Part shown: positions 13,901 to 27,461 of the stretch, piece by piece | How positions within the stretch are numbered: position 1 is the first letter of the stretch | Layout: the number at the start of each line of letters is the position of its first letter | Origin: Leidyana gryllorum EB-2025a | Lineage: Eukaryota; Protista; Apicomplexa | Assembly: GCA_048772705.1 (NCBI GenBank) | Contig: JBLWGC010000140.1 | Coordinates: 186,001-250,000 of the forward strand | DNA length: 64,000 bases | Reading direction: 5' to 3' | The notes under the pieces: generated by a model | Seen by the model: the letters and a program-made list of their open reading frames with translations, nothing else | Told to the model about the DNA's origin: nothing | The model's database searches: none | Position numbers and translations under genes: made by a program

Positions 13901-16900
13901 CGAAAAGTTCGTCTCCAGACGGAACGGGCGGCGGCTGAGGAAGGCGTGGCTCTCGTTGCTCAGGGTGGAGACACTGCGGCTGCTGACGAGGAGGCAGATG
14001 CCCCCGCAGAGGAGGGTGGCAGTAAGACCGCCCGCCCTGCAGTGTTCGAGCCGAGTTCCGAGTTGAGGAAGGAGATTCGGGAGCAGATCGACACCATTCA
14101 ATCGGAGATGGCGGACAGTTATGGCGATATGTTGGGACGAGTAGTGTCTGCAGACGCTGTGAAAGCAGCGGCCAATCAAACTGAAGAATTATTCTGGAAT
14201 CAAGTTCACCAGTTTGTGACTGAGAGTCGCAGCTCTGAGTACTTTGCCGATCAGCAGTTGGCGTATATTACACATCTTACGACAACAGCTTTGGATCAGT
14301 TGGCCGCATTCTCGATGATTGAGACTCACGGCCGGTCTAAGAATCCACGGGAGCGAGCCCTTATGCGGGCTCGATGGCACAGATCAAACCATCCCGAATG
14401 GCGCGATATCCCAGTGACCGACGCCGAGGTGTTGGCTGAGTTCGACGGGGGCGAGAATGGCTCGGACGGTTATGGGGAAACAAAGATCACCGATATTGAT
14501 ATCGATTTGTTGCGAGCGGTCCGGTTGGGCAATGCGGACAAGAGGAGACTGGGATTGGTGGGCGAGACGGGTCCAAACTTTTCCTCGGGTAAAGGATTCG
14601 GTCCAAAGAAAGCCGCGAAAGCAGCGCAAGCGGCCCCGCCGGCGTCTAAAGCCGGTGCCGCTCCAGACGGTGTCGCCAAGACTGCCGATGCTCCTCCGAG
14701 TCCTCGTACGGAAAAGATGACCAGAGTGGCCCACTGGGCCAACCCTGTGGGTGCCAAAATGAAACTATATCACAGTACTGTGGATGTCAAGAGCGGCAAA
14801 GACGGCAAGAAGCCGTCAAAGCGTTTGGGTCGAGGAGACGTGATGGTTAAAACCTACGGACCGAAAGCGGGCACAGAGGATAAGGAGGGCGATCAGGATA
14901 AGGAGTTTGAGACTTTCACATCTATCCGAGGGATGAAAGAAGACGGACTGAGCGACGATGACTCGGATACCGGAGAAGCCCAGTTGGAATGCGAAGCGGG
15001 TGAGGGAGGCCGGAAACCCGCGAAGAAGCGCGGAGCTAAAGGAAGAAAGTCGAAAGACGTCGACGCTGACGACGAAGAGGACGACGAGAAGGATGATGAA
15101 GCCGACGACGACAGCGAAGAGGAAGAAGTAGAGAAGATGCCAAAGAACGCAGGGCCGTCGAGTCGCTTATTTGACCCCAGGAGGCCCCGGAAATGGGCAT
15201 CCGTTCAGAAACCGCCGCTTTCTCCCACATCGAGACTGGCAGCATATTTCAGAGGACCGAGTTTCGCTGAGATAATGGCCAAAGTACGGAACCCCCCACC
15301 ATCGATCGAAGGGTTGAGATTCATTCAAGCCAACGACAATATCACTGGATGGGTCAGTGATGATCAATTCAATCACGTGGTGGACGACGAGGACAGTGGG
15401 GACCTGGAGACGGAGAAGTTTTGGGTTGTGTTTGGGCAGAGGATCGAGAAACTGTGTTTGGCCATAGCTCGCCGATGGTACCATCCCGAGTTTACGACAA
15501 ATTCTCACTATGAATTCCAAGATTTCCTGACCCTCCGTGGAGGGCGACTTCGCATAGAACTGCCCTTCTTCCAGTTGTCCAAGGCGGTGCAGGCGTTCCG
15601 GAACCGTCTCTGCAAACACTATTGCAGAGAAGGGACTGTGACGGCTGCTGGCCCGAGATTTATCGAAGAACTTCAGTTCTACGCCAACAATTATGTGGAC
15701 GGCAGAATTGAACAGCACATAATCAGTGCGATGCACTCGGCTATGAATGCTCAGTGGAGGGAGCTCGACCCACACACCAAATATCTCTGGGGCTGCGACA
15801 TTGCCCGAACCAAAGAAACCGACGCTATGTACGACGATAACTATGCGAGTGGCTCCGTCTACCCGCCTGGGGCGAATAAGGGCGCGAAAAAGCACTCCGA
15901 GCATCGGCACATCCATCTGGCCGCTCGTTGGCTCTGGAGGGCTCTGAGAACGGGGAAAGACCCCGGACCGCTCGAGACACTGGTGATGTGGCCAGATGGA
16001 ATCCAAGTGCCCCGAAAGAAACAGCTGCGGCGAGAGGCCGCTGATGGGGAGCTCGGGCGACTCATTACCCCACAGTACCTCGAAAAACACAAATATATCG
16101 CTGACCTGAAAGCTGAGGGACGGACGAGCGCATACTTTGAACACGCTGATATCGCCTTGAAACGGCATTTGGCGAGACGCCAATGGACACGACGCGCACT
16201 TTTGGCCGCTCTCAATTGGGCGTACAGAAGCCGTCGCTCTCAGGAGGAGGCCGACACTGAGTGTCCGACACCAATCATTCTTCAAGACTTTCACATACCC
16301 AACAATGTGCTCAACGCAAAGGTGCCCAGAGCCACGCGGCGTTATCGTCCAAAGGACCACCTGGCGATTCCCGAAGATCGCGCTCTGTACGGATACCGAT
16401 CGGACAATGGATATGACAGCGAGGCTCCCCAAGTGCGGCCGTCCCTCCGACTCAAAAGAGCGCGAAGTGCCCCAATGCTCGAGAAAGTCAGGAAACGTCG
16501 TCTTCTGATTCAAGGCGCTATTGAGCTCTACGGCGGAGAAGGGCCGAACCGCCGCACTCGCAGGCGAAGGAAACCAAAGGCCAAAGCAAAGGCGGCAGCG
16601 GCTAAGGCCACGGCAGCGGCTGAGCCCACAGCGGCAAAGGCCACAACGGCAAAGGTCACAACGGCAGCACCTAAGGCTGGAGTGAGCTCAGTGAGGCCGG
16701 GACCTCCCCCTGCGAAGGCGGGTTCGAGGCCTCGGATCAAAATACAGTCACCGAAATCGCGTTTAAAGGTGACGACTCAACTGCTGGCGGAAATGGAAGG
16801 CGCGCGTATTTGGCACAAAGACAGATTCGGAACTCTCAGACAATTCCACGTTGAGAGTTCCGCCACTCGTCGCTTCGACGACGGAGACAGGAAGGAGATG

Positions 16901-19900
16901 GCTGCTGATTGGCTGCTGAAATTCCTCACACTCAGTCCGGAGGAACGACGCGTGTGGATGGACCCTAATGCACCGAGAATGAGTGTAGACTCCCTTAACC
17001 CCCTCTGGACTGAGATGCTGTGCCACGAGATGGGTCAGGCCTCAGGGCCGCCCGGTTCTTGGACCTTTGTGAATGAATATGCGCTCAAGAGGAATCCGCG
17101 GATACAGTGGTTGGCTGCCCGTTGGAGGCCCAAAGTACTCTACCGTCCGAAATACCTCGTGGAGTTGGAGGATAGCGATGAAGAGGAGTTTCAGCATTTG
17201 CGATGGCCGAAGCAGCGGGGCCCGGAAGCGGATGTCGTTCGGATCACCGACACCGCGAGTTGTACAGGACGAATTCAAGGGTCGGGACGGCGGCGAGACG
17301 CTCGCGATCCGCGGCCAGTTCATTTTGATCGATGGCTGGTCCACTTCAAAGGGGAGACCATCCCGGATCCCCCGCCGGACATGAGATTGCTCAAACGATT
17401 GTATTCATCGGCGAAGAGACGGCAGTGCTGGTACAGTTGGGCTCGAACCCGAGTGACTACACTCAAAATACGCGAGGAAATGGTCGCTCGGCTCCTCTTG
17501 TCAACTTGGAGAAACTATGTGGTCAACCGATCGTGCGATGATCTCGACTCCATACTCCACCAATACGGCTTCCGGTGCGACATGCAGCCCTGGAGTGAGC
17601 CACCCAACAACAGACCAGACCCATCTCCATCGACTCGGAAGGGAAGAAGTCTCACCAGCTGGGAATTGGCCAAAGCGTGTATGGAGAGGAGCATCGAATG
17701 GGGCCGAACCGCCCTTGAGCAGGGCGTCACTTACTCTGAGACTCAGAGACAGTCTTTCGACGGTGAGGACTCAAGCCAACTGGTCGAAACCACACAGAGA
17801 AGGTGGGGCCAGATTGACTTCTTCTCCTTGCCGCCTCCCTACAAAACTGCAACCAAAGCACAAGTGGCAACGAGGATCAAAGCTGTCTCCGCAGTGCCCA
17901 AATATCAATCCTCCTTTGCCTCAAAGGCGGGACCGCTCCGCGGAGGCGCTCGCGGCCCCGCAAAGAAGGATCCCACACCTCGAGCCAAAGCCGTACCCAA
18001 ATCTCCCACTGCACCTCCCGCCCGCAAAGCCCCAAAAGCTTCTCCCGCACAACTCGCCATAACGGCCTCTCCCGTTCGAACACGTCACATGCGTACCCGT
18101 CTCCAAGTCGCCGTCCAAGATTCACCCCCGTGTCCTAAGCTTCCGGTCCGACTGGCCGAGCCGCCAACTGAAACCATCCCGCCGCCCGACACACGCACAG
18201 ACCCTCCCGCTGCCAGAGAAACCCCCCCCTCCACTGACACGCCGTCGGAGAAGGCCACGCGGGCCGCCAGACGACCTCAAAAGCGAACAGCGACCCCAAC
18301 TGACACTCAAACTGCGACACAAGAAGCACCCCAAGCCGAGAAAGCAGCCGCAGTCCGAGCCAAAGACAGAGCCGCCGCTCGCGCCCGAGCCCGAGTGGAA
18401 GCCCAACAGCCGAAACAAGTTGAAATCCAACCTGAAACACACACAGCCCCAATGGACAGCCGCACAATGCGACGCAGAAACCGGGACGCCGTCAGAGCTG
18501 CTGCTGAAGTGAATCACTCTCATAACGTGCCAACTGAACCGCAGACGACCGCCTCCGTTCCCAATCCACCAGCACTCCCGTCTGACACAACAGCTCCGGC
18601 TGAGGTCTCAGCTGAGCAACAAACGGAGGCCGCACCTCACTCGCGACCAGCGGTCCCCGCAGCGAAGATTCCGACAGAGACGCGACCCGCGGCCCCAGCG
18701 ACGATTCCCACCGAGACGCGTCCAACAGCCCCCGCAGGGAAGGCTCCGACAGAGACGCGACCCGCGGCCCCAGCGACGATTCCCACCGAGACGCGTCCAA
18801 CAGCCCCCGCAGGGAAGGCTCCGACAGAGACGCGACCAGCGGCCCCCGCAGCGAAGATTCCCACCGAGACGCGACCAGCGGCCCCCGCAGGGAAGGCTCC
18901 GACAGAGACGCGACCCGCGGCCCCCGCAGCGAAGATTCCCACCGAGACGCGTCCAACAGCCCCCGCAGGGAAGGCTCCGACAGAGACGCGACCAGCGGCC
19001 CCAGCGACGATTCCCACCGAGACGCGACCAGCGGCCCCCGCAGGGAAGGCTCCGACAGAGACGCGACCCGCGGCCCCAGCGACGATTCCCACCGAGACGC
19101 GTCCAACAGCCCCCGCAGGGAAGGCTCCGACAGAGACGCGACCAGCGGCCCCCGCAGCGAAGATTCCCACCGAGACGCGACCAGCGGCCCCCGCAGGGAA
19201 GGCTCCGACAGAGACGCGACCCGCGGCCCCAGCGACGATTCCCACCGAGACGCGTCCAACAGCCCCCGCAGGGAAGGCTCCGACAGAGACGCGACCCGCG
19301 GCCCCCGCAGCGAAGATTCCCACCGAGACGCGACCAGCGGCCCCCGCAGCGAAGATTCCCACCGAGACGCGACCAGCGGCCCCTGCAGCGAAGGCTCCGA
19401 CAGAGACGCGACCAGCGGCTCCGACTCAGACACAAACATTACCCACTTACTCGCGTTCAGCGGCCCCGGCAGCGAAGATTCCCTCCAAGACGCGACCCGC
19501 GGCTCCGACTGAGACACAAAGATTACCCACCGAGACGCGACCCGCGGCCCCCGCAGCGAAGATTCCCACCGAGACGCGACCAGCGGCCCCCGCAGGGAAG
19601 ATTCCCACCGAGACGCGACCAGCGGCCCCCGCAGCGAAGATTCCCACCGAGACGCGACCAGCGGCCCCCGCAGCGAAGGCTCCGACAGAGACGCGACCAG
19701 CGGCTCCGACTCAGACACAAACATTACCCACTTACTCGCGTTCAGCGGCCCCGGCAGCGAAGATTCCCTCCAAGACGCGACCCGCGGCTCCGACTGAGAC
19801 ACAAAGATTACCCACCGAGACGCGACCTGCGGCCCCGGCAGCGAAGATTCCCTCTAAGACGCGACCAGCGGCCCCGGCAGCGAAGATTCCCACTGAGACG

Positions 19901-22900
19901 CGAGCAGCACAGAATGGACCCAACGGTCAAGTCGAGACACCAGAGCCCATTTTGCACAAAGCTCGGCCTGACACTCTCACTGTGATCCAACCTGACACCG
20001 AGACTGACACTCAAGTGGGGTCTTCAGAGCCGCCTGCCACAGGAGGCAGCAGTGAGGTGCCGTCCGGGCCGCCTCCTCCTCCCGCGGGAGACCCGCTGCC
20101 ACCTCTGGAAGGCGCGGCGGTTGCCGATGAGACGATGGAGCCGCCTGATTTGAGGGTGTCGTTGGACCAGTTGGCGTGGGATGAGTTTGAGATGGAAGAA
20201 GAGGAGAGTGTGCCGCGAGAGCCTCGTCGGAAATCGATTCCACATCCGTTGTTCCCGGGTCGAACGGAGGGATGTCCGGTGGTCGGTAATCGACCCCGAA
20301 TAGTCCCTCTGGGCGCCGTAGAGGACTTTATGATGGGAGATGGTGACATTTCGGGTGTGCTTGCGTCCATTGGAGAGTACGACTTTGTTAATCGGCCGAG
20401 TCTGGTTGGCGACGAGTCACCGCCGGCGTTCTCACCGCCGGGGCCCGTTCCACTGCCGACCAAACTTTTGGGGACAGTTGAGGAGAGTAACACACCGGTG
20501 TCGGCCATACAGAGCCCCCAACGCATGGCCCCCATCCGAGTGGCCCCTGCTGAGTTTGAGGCGGCGGTTAAGACAACGTACCCGAGTCGACAAACAGATG
20601 AGTCGCCCCCGAAGATAGTTCCACAGCCGAGTGCGCCCCCGTCTAACGAGTGGCCATCGCCGTCGAGCATAAGCGTCGAGTCTGACTGGGTCGAGACCCC
20701 TCTGAACAGACTGCGAAAGAATGTGCCGTCTGAGCTTCGCCCAGTGCCGAGGATGCCTCCAATGCCACGAGACACAGCCGGCAAGCGGCTGGCAGATTGG
20801 GTGAAGCCCCCCTCGGAGACGTTGGTGGAGACACTGGGAGCTGCGGAGACGCAGGCCGGTGCGGAGACAATGAGAGCTGAGGACACTCAGCCAGCCGAGG
20901 AGGGTCAGGCAAAGGTGAGTTGGGGTGCGGTGATGTCTGAAAGTGGGCGTGGTGGTGTCGTCTGTCGCTCGGTGACAATTTCATTGCAGGCGGCGGCGGG
21001 TCCATGGTATCACGAAGGTGTGATGGAGATGTCTCGTTTTGGCGAGCATTTGAGTATGCAAGTTCCAAAGTATCGAATGCAAGTGTCCTCGGGAGTAGTA
21101 ACGGCCATCAGCAAGCGTAATGCGAACTTGTACGCGGTTCGCGACACGGGTGTGGACATGCCCGACCCCGAGTTGGGCGTAGCAGAAGAAGAGATGATGG
21201 AAGAAGGCAAAGGGGGTGGTGAAGCTGACCCGGTTCAGGAGTTGGAGAGCAAGGCGGCAATGTACGACAATTGGGCCAAAGTGGATCCGGACACAGCCCA
21301 CTCGTCGTTCAATCACTTCATGTCAGAGATTAAAAGGGATGGAATGCCCCGACCCCATCGAACACGTCAAGCAGCCCTGCCGGACCCCAACTATGAAGCC
21401 TTGTTAGAGCTTCTCAAGTTTGTTCCAGACGGCACGTCCCCAGCTGAGGTGTTGGACTTGCTGCACAAACACTTTGAGCGACATTGGCGCGAAGGGACTC
21501 CCCCCATTATACTGACTGAGGAGGAGGAGAGACTGCAGAAGTTCGGTAAACAGGCCGCCCGGATGGGCAAAAACGTAAACGTGGTGCTGGTGAAAGTCGG
21601 GGGCGTTGAGGTCCCCATGTTGGAACACGGTGGCAAGAACACAGCGAATCAGCGTGTATATAAACCCGACCCGGCGTGGTGCTCCTGGAGTGACGACGAA
21701 GATTGGCCCAAAGGCTGTCCAGAGGCCGATCCAGTGAGGGCAGCCATTCTGCGAAAAACCTACGGCGCCCACCGCGGACACCCACTGCGTAAGACGTGGC
21801 AGCCTCCACCTAAGGGGTACAAGAGCCCGCCGACGCCAGAGAATGAGAAGGGGGGTTCGACGAACAAGGCGGCTAATATCCCTCCTTTCCCGAATGGGGG
21901 TCGTAACACTTCCGAGTCGTCGGACGGCACTCCCAGGCCCCCTCGAGGCCCTAATTCTGGAAAGCGGTCTGCCCCGACAAACCGACCCTCGCGGAAGAAT
22001 CCTTTCAATGATGGAACTTGGTATCCCCCTGTGGTGCACAAAGAGTTGGCCCGCGAGATAGTGATGGCGGGGCCCGAGGGATTGGATCGTTTGGCTCAAT
22101 TGTTTGACGAGCCCGCAGACCCGGTGCCCAGGCCTTACCAGCCAGCTGCCCACCCGTCTGTGTTCACACTGGTCAACAAGATTGATCGAAACGTAATGCA
22201 GGTCTACGAAACACTGACGTCGGCCGACAAGAAAAAGTCTCGGGGCCGTCCCGGAGCTGCGCACAAATTGGCAGATCTGATGGTGGATTATGTGAGGAGA
22301 GATCCGGATTTGAAAGACGTCTTTTCAAAGTTGGCCAAGGAAACGGCAGAAACCGGTCAGCTGTCGCTCCAAAGCAAACAGGACGCCGCGATCAAAATGT
22401 TTGACGCCTGGTATCAACTGACGTCGATGAAATATGGCGACTTTATGAACGCCACATTCCGTGCAAAGATCGGCAAACCGGAAACCACTGATCTGAGTAT
22501 CTTGGGACCTCTATTGAAAGGTCGAGCCAAAGTCGCCTCCAAGTCTGTGAGCACCAATCCTTCACTGTCGTTGCGCGTACCAAATCAGCGGAAAGCCGCG
22601 ACTGCCGCCCAACCCAAGAAGACGTCTACCGGTATCCGACGAAAACATGTCCCGAAAGCTGGGGCGGCTGCTGACATCAAAGTCGATCCACTGGCGGGAC
22701 TCAGTCCGTTGGAGAGGGCATATTATCGACAGTATGAAGCGTACACTAAAGTGGTGACGGCCATTCGAGACCGCGACATCCGCTTAGAGCTCATTCCAGA
22801 TAACTACCCCGAAGCCGAAGGTGCACCGCGAGACAGGTCGAAGCGGCCTGCCCCGCCCACAATGTCGTGGCAGGAATACATTCACGCGAAATCGGTCGCC

Positions 22901-24523
22901 CTCAACACCATTAACTATTTGCGGAATAAGGCAGAGACAGTGCACCAATATGAGGTCCCCAAGAAGGTCGACCAGTGGAAGGGCATCCAAGCACTCAAAA
23001 ACCCCCCTCCCGACAAGGGGAAAGAAAAGCAACAGAAAGAAAGGCAACAGGAGGCACCACAGGAGGATAAACTGAAGATTGATCCTTCGCTGGTGGTCAC
23101 ATGTTGGGTCAATGAGATACTGTCCTATCTGGTCGTACTGATACGCACAGCCTTCCAACTGGAATTGGAGTATTTCGCGCGCATCGAGGAGAGTGTGCAG
23201 GGCCAACACACCAGTCTCGGATTGGAGGCCGAACGTCGAGTGTTCAAGAGCGATGAGCCCGTCGAGTGGTTCCACGCGGGAGGCCTGCCTGTCAGCTTCA
23301 TGAGAAGAACCAAAAGCGCACTGTGTCCTCCCCGAGGAGCCATGGAATGTCTAAGTGCAGACGGGTGCGTAACGGGACGCGTCCTGCCGGCGCTCTTTAG
23401 ACTCCTCCACGTCCGGAAGAATGTCGTATGCACCGGATACCACAGGTCGGAGCTCAAACGAATGCAACCAAAGTCCCTCACCCTCCAGAACTACGACGAA
23501 TGGCTGGATGAGAACGTTTACGATATGATTTGGTCGTCCCAGTTTGGCCTATGGTGGCTCAACTTGGCTCCTCTGCGCCACGTCCAGGGACTCATGATTT
23601 GGGAGAAAATGCTGAGAGAGAACTGCAAGCCGGCTGGGCCCTCGAAACAATCGGGACACCTCGTCATGTCCAAGAACGGCCCCGCCCTACCCAAACGGAA
23701 AGTCGCGGCCTACAAAGCATGGAAAGTCAGTCTGGGATTCCCATACACCTACGAGACAGAGTTGGGAATGACCTGCGACTCGGTCCTAAGCAAACGGCTA
23801 CAGGCGTCCCGCGTGAGCGAAATTCGCACACTCCTGTCTATGGGAATGAATGAGATCAATCAACATCTCCCGGTCAAAGAGAAGTTGAAAGAAATGGACA
23901 CTTACTTTGAGGCAGTGCAAAGGGACGACGAGGCCGTGGTGGGCTCGATGATTGTCGACGCTGTCAGGCGCAATGCCGTAGACAGCCAGTCAGGACTGCC
24001 CAACTACAGCGAAGATCTGCCCTGCTTCCAGAACGGCGTATTCAGATACCCCCCCATCCTCCTACCTCGGCTGGGGTACGGCCGCTACAACTTCTCTGGC
24101 ACCGGCCACAGATCAGCCAGTGGGAGGTACTGGGCTTCCAAACAGCCACCCAAGCCCACGGACGCTGACGCAAACGCTGACGCAAACGCGGACGCAAACG
24201 CTGCCGCGGGTGAGAGGAACGCTACCGCGGGTGTCCCCACGGCTCCCCCTCCCGCGGGTGTCGATAACGCTACCGCCGAGGGTGTCGAAAATGCAACGGA
24301 CGCTGACGACGCGGACCCTGAAGACGCGGACTCTGAAGACGCGGACGCTGACGACGAAGAGGAGGGCCCAGTAGACTACAGTCTTCAAGGATTGGTGAGC
24401 GGTTTGTTACACGCGCCATGGCAAATGGACGGGCGAAGCGCCAATCTCGTTGAGGCCAGATCATCGTTTGCAAAGACAGTTGAGCAGTATATGACTTTTC
24501 ATACATCGCAGTATGGGAGGTGA
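7979..24523 (+). CDS. Giant ~5,400-aa protein of unknown function, spliced from five track ORFs
   Basis: Phase-1 GT-AG introns at 8577-8626, 9692-9740, 9861-9906 and 10288-10376 join ORFs 7979, 8854, 9791, 9807 and 10316 in frame (16311 nt, divisible by 3). Confidence 0.8.
18642..19905 (+). repeat. Coding minisatellite of 33/36-nt units (PTETRP[A/T]APA[A/G]K[I/A]) with a higher-order ~285-nt duplication
   Basis: More than 30 copies of the ccgacagagacgcgacc/cccaccgagacgcg core. The PTQTQTLPTYSRS block occurs at 19421 and 19706. Confidence 0.95.
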
Positions 24524-24551
24524 AAGTTAGTATAAAGAGAAAAAGGGGAGA

Positions 24552-27016
24552 ATGTGGCTGCCGCTCGTTTTGGGGTTGGCAACCCTATGCCATGGGAATC
24601 ACGCAGAAGTCCAAAGATCCGTCGAGCGCGTGGTGGCCACTCGCACTCTTGGCTGCCCTTTCCCCCAATCGATCCCGATACGATGGATCAACAAACATGG
24701 CGACTTCGAGAAGCGCGGCGTCATGGAACATCGCTTGCGAGAGTGCCCTCAGGCCGTCCGCATCGAAGGCCTCAATGCCTCAAATATCGCCCACATCCTA
24801 GATTACTTCCCAACTGAGGCCTTGCGACACACTATTAGTCATGCCGGTGAGCCCGTTGCCGGAAGTCTCGTAACATCTGAAATGTACACACAGATATGAC
24901 AAATCCCGATAGATTCGAGAAACGCCGGGCCAGAATCATAGAGGATCATCACTGGCGCCTAAGTGTACACAATGCTGTCCACCTCTACGTCAAACACAAA
25001 GGCTGCTCTCGTGCCACGGAGCTGGCCAACTCTCTGAGTCAAATTCATGCATTGCGTAGCGCGCTGGTGGAACTGAGCGACGCCGGTCGCCAACGACATG
25101 CTGAACAGAGCATGGGCTACATTTTGACCATCCACGATGATGTGCTGCTCTATCCCTCCTATCTGCACAGTCGGTTGCTTGAAGAGCTGCCGCTTCCGAT
25201 AGAACATCCCTGGGATGTTTTGCGTCTCGAACGAACTGAGGACGACACGGTTAATCTGCTCTATGAAATGGTGAGTATCAGACTGTAGAGATGCACAATT
25301 GCCGGTGGCTGCTTCGTGTGTGTCTCCGTCCGCACACACTAGTGTGCGAATCATTCTGTGATCCGTCAGGCGGAGCGCGACGGATTGATATTAGACAGTG
25401 CTGTACCGAGCCCCAATCAATGGAACTCCAGCATGTCCCTATGGACCGTCCGGGGTGCCTTGAGGCAGATCCAGAAGTTTTCGAATGAAAGTGATCCTAT
25501 ATTAAGTATGGCAAGACCCAGTGGTTTACGCAAGCACACCAAGTATGACTTGAAGCCTCGGGCGGTTTTGAACAAAGTATGTCGATGGGAAACGCCAGAC
25601 CCCGAGATGGGGTCTCTAACTGCTTATCCTATGTGGGGTACTCAAGCTATTCGAGCTGAGGGGAATTATTCAGCCATTGACGACATTCTGACAGCATCTG
25701 TGCACTACGAGTCCACACAGACGCGTGTCAGCATCGCTTTGACTTCCTATCAATTAAGCGAGGAGTGTTTGAAAGCCAAAGATGAATGTCAGATCAACCC
25801 AAAGATGACATACTTTGCTTTGCAACGCGTTCGGGATTGGCGTTCACAGCCTCGTACAGAGGAATTACGGGACTTTGAGGACTTGGAGGAGCGGATGCGA
25901 GAGCGGCCTATGATTTACTGGGCTCCCTTCCAACTGAATATGACCGAGTTACTCATGTCTCGTGCAGAGTACAATGAGATGATGAAGCGGCAGCACGCAT
26001 TGCATGACGATCATCACCATTATGAGTTACCCGATGCTGAGAAGCACGAGCATTTCCACATCATCGGTCACGAGTCGAAACACTATGAAGACGCTGAGGT
26101 ATATCACGAGGAGGATCAGCACATACATGACATCCAATCTCGTGAGATCTTGAAACACTTTTTTGATCATGATCATCTGCATTATGGAGCAGACGACCCC
26201 AGCCCACCCTTCGACCACATTGACGACTCTCATGACGATGGCCTCGTCCCCGCCGATAACATCCTACCACCCCCGCCATCTCCTGCTGACCTCAAGTCTC
26301 GCAAGAAGCGGAAGCGACGCTCTCACTCCCACGATTATGCGCACGAGCCCTTCTTTGCGGGTGAACTACATGGTCCCCACTCAAACGCCGTTAGCGACAC
26401 TGTCCTTCCTGAGCACTCAAAGAGGCACACAAGACGGTCCGCCACCAAGTCGGCTTCCGCGGCCGAACACGTTGACTCGTCGATAGAGCAACACGACGCG
26501 ATTATGGATCATCATGAGCTGACAGGAGATCACGATGTTTCCGATCACTCTCTGCAGCCAAGGCTGTCCACTGCTCATAGGTCTCGCAGGTTCCATCGCT
26601 CCAAAGGAACAAATGGAGGCAAGTCATCTGATTACCACTCAGCTGGCCCTGTCGAAGTGCCGGAAGGACGGCCCATGCCTCGTCATCATGCTCACCACCA
26701 TCGCTCAGCAGCGTCACCAGCCGAAGACCTCCACGACCACGAAGTGGCGGCTGAGGAGCCTCTCGACATTGAACGTCACAATCGGCGGCCGCTGGGTCAC
26801 GCGGTGAAAGGAGGTTTCTATCACTATGATCATAAAAATTCAGAGTCTGCTCCTGAGCCCGGATTTGGTGACCACAAAGACTTTGAGTTTGCACATCGAG
26901 GTGATAACTCTGTTGCTGGCGACATGGCTCCCGAGGTTCCGCCGTCCAAGTCAAAACGGGGGCGGCACGGCCACAGTTCTCGTCCTGCCTACCACCCGGC
27001 CCGCCCGTATATCTGA
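24552..27016 (+). CDS. Secretory-pathway glycosyltransferase family 25-like protein with His-rich C-terminal half
   Basis: Signal peptide MWLPLVLGLATLCHG. IRWIN..EKR..ME, RIEGLN, ELANSLSQ, YILTIHDDVLL and WDVLRL parallel GT25 motifs. Introns 24847-24893 and 25271-25369. Confidence 0.6.
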
Positions 27017-27461
27017 GCTGCTGAGGACAAGGTGGGCCCGGTCCCTTTTCACCATTCGCCCTATCAAATAGCTAGGTGATGAGCACCACGGCGGGCAATT
27101 CGGTCCATTAATTCGTCACGGAACAGTGGATCTAGGTTGCCCACCTCGTTTGTTGTTTGCCGATCCGAGCAGGCTGGCCGGTCAGATCATTAAGTATGCA
27201 CAGATCGGTGTACTGATTACCAGCTGTCAAGCTGTCGTCTGTCTTAGCACGTGTGTGCGCGCGCGTGTGTGTATTTGTGTGTGTATCTGTGATAGTGATC
27301 TGGGTGGCCGATGGACGAAGCTAAGTATTTATAATATTCTGTTTGCTCAGAATCTGTCTGTGTAGTGGAAAGAGAAGCGAGTCGAACTGACAAATTTCTG
27401 GTGGTCAATTTATGGAATTCACTATTATTAACCTTTGTTGGTTGGTCGACTTGTCGTTTAA

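Noticed and set aside
15167-16513. 448-aa antisense ORF and many other overlapping ORFs
   Set aside because: They overlap well-supported genes and show no motifs, as expected at this GC content.
18492-19802. Long minus-strand ORFs of repeated peptides
   Set aside because: They are antisense shadows of the GC-rich coding minisatellite.
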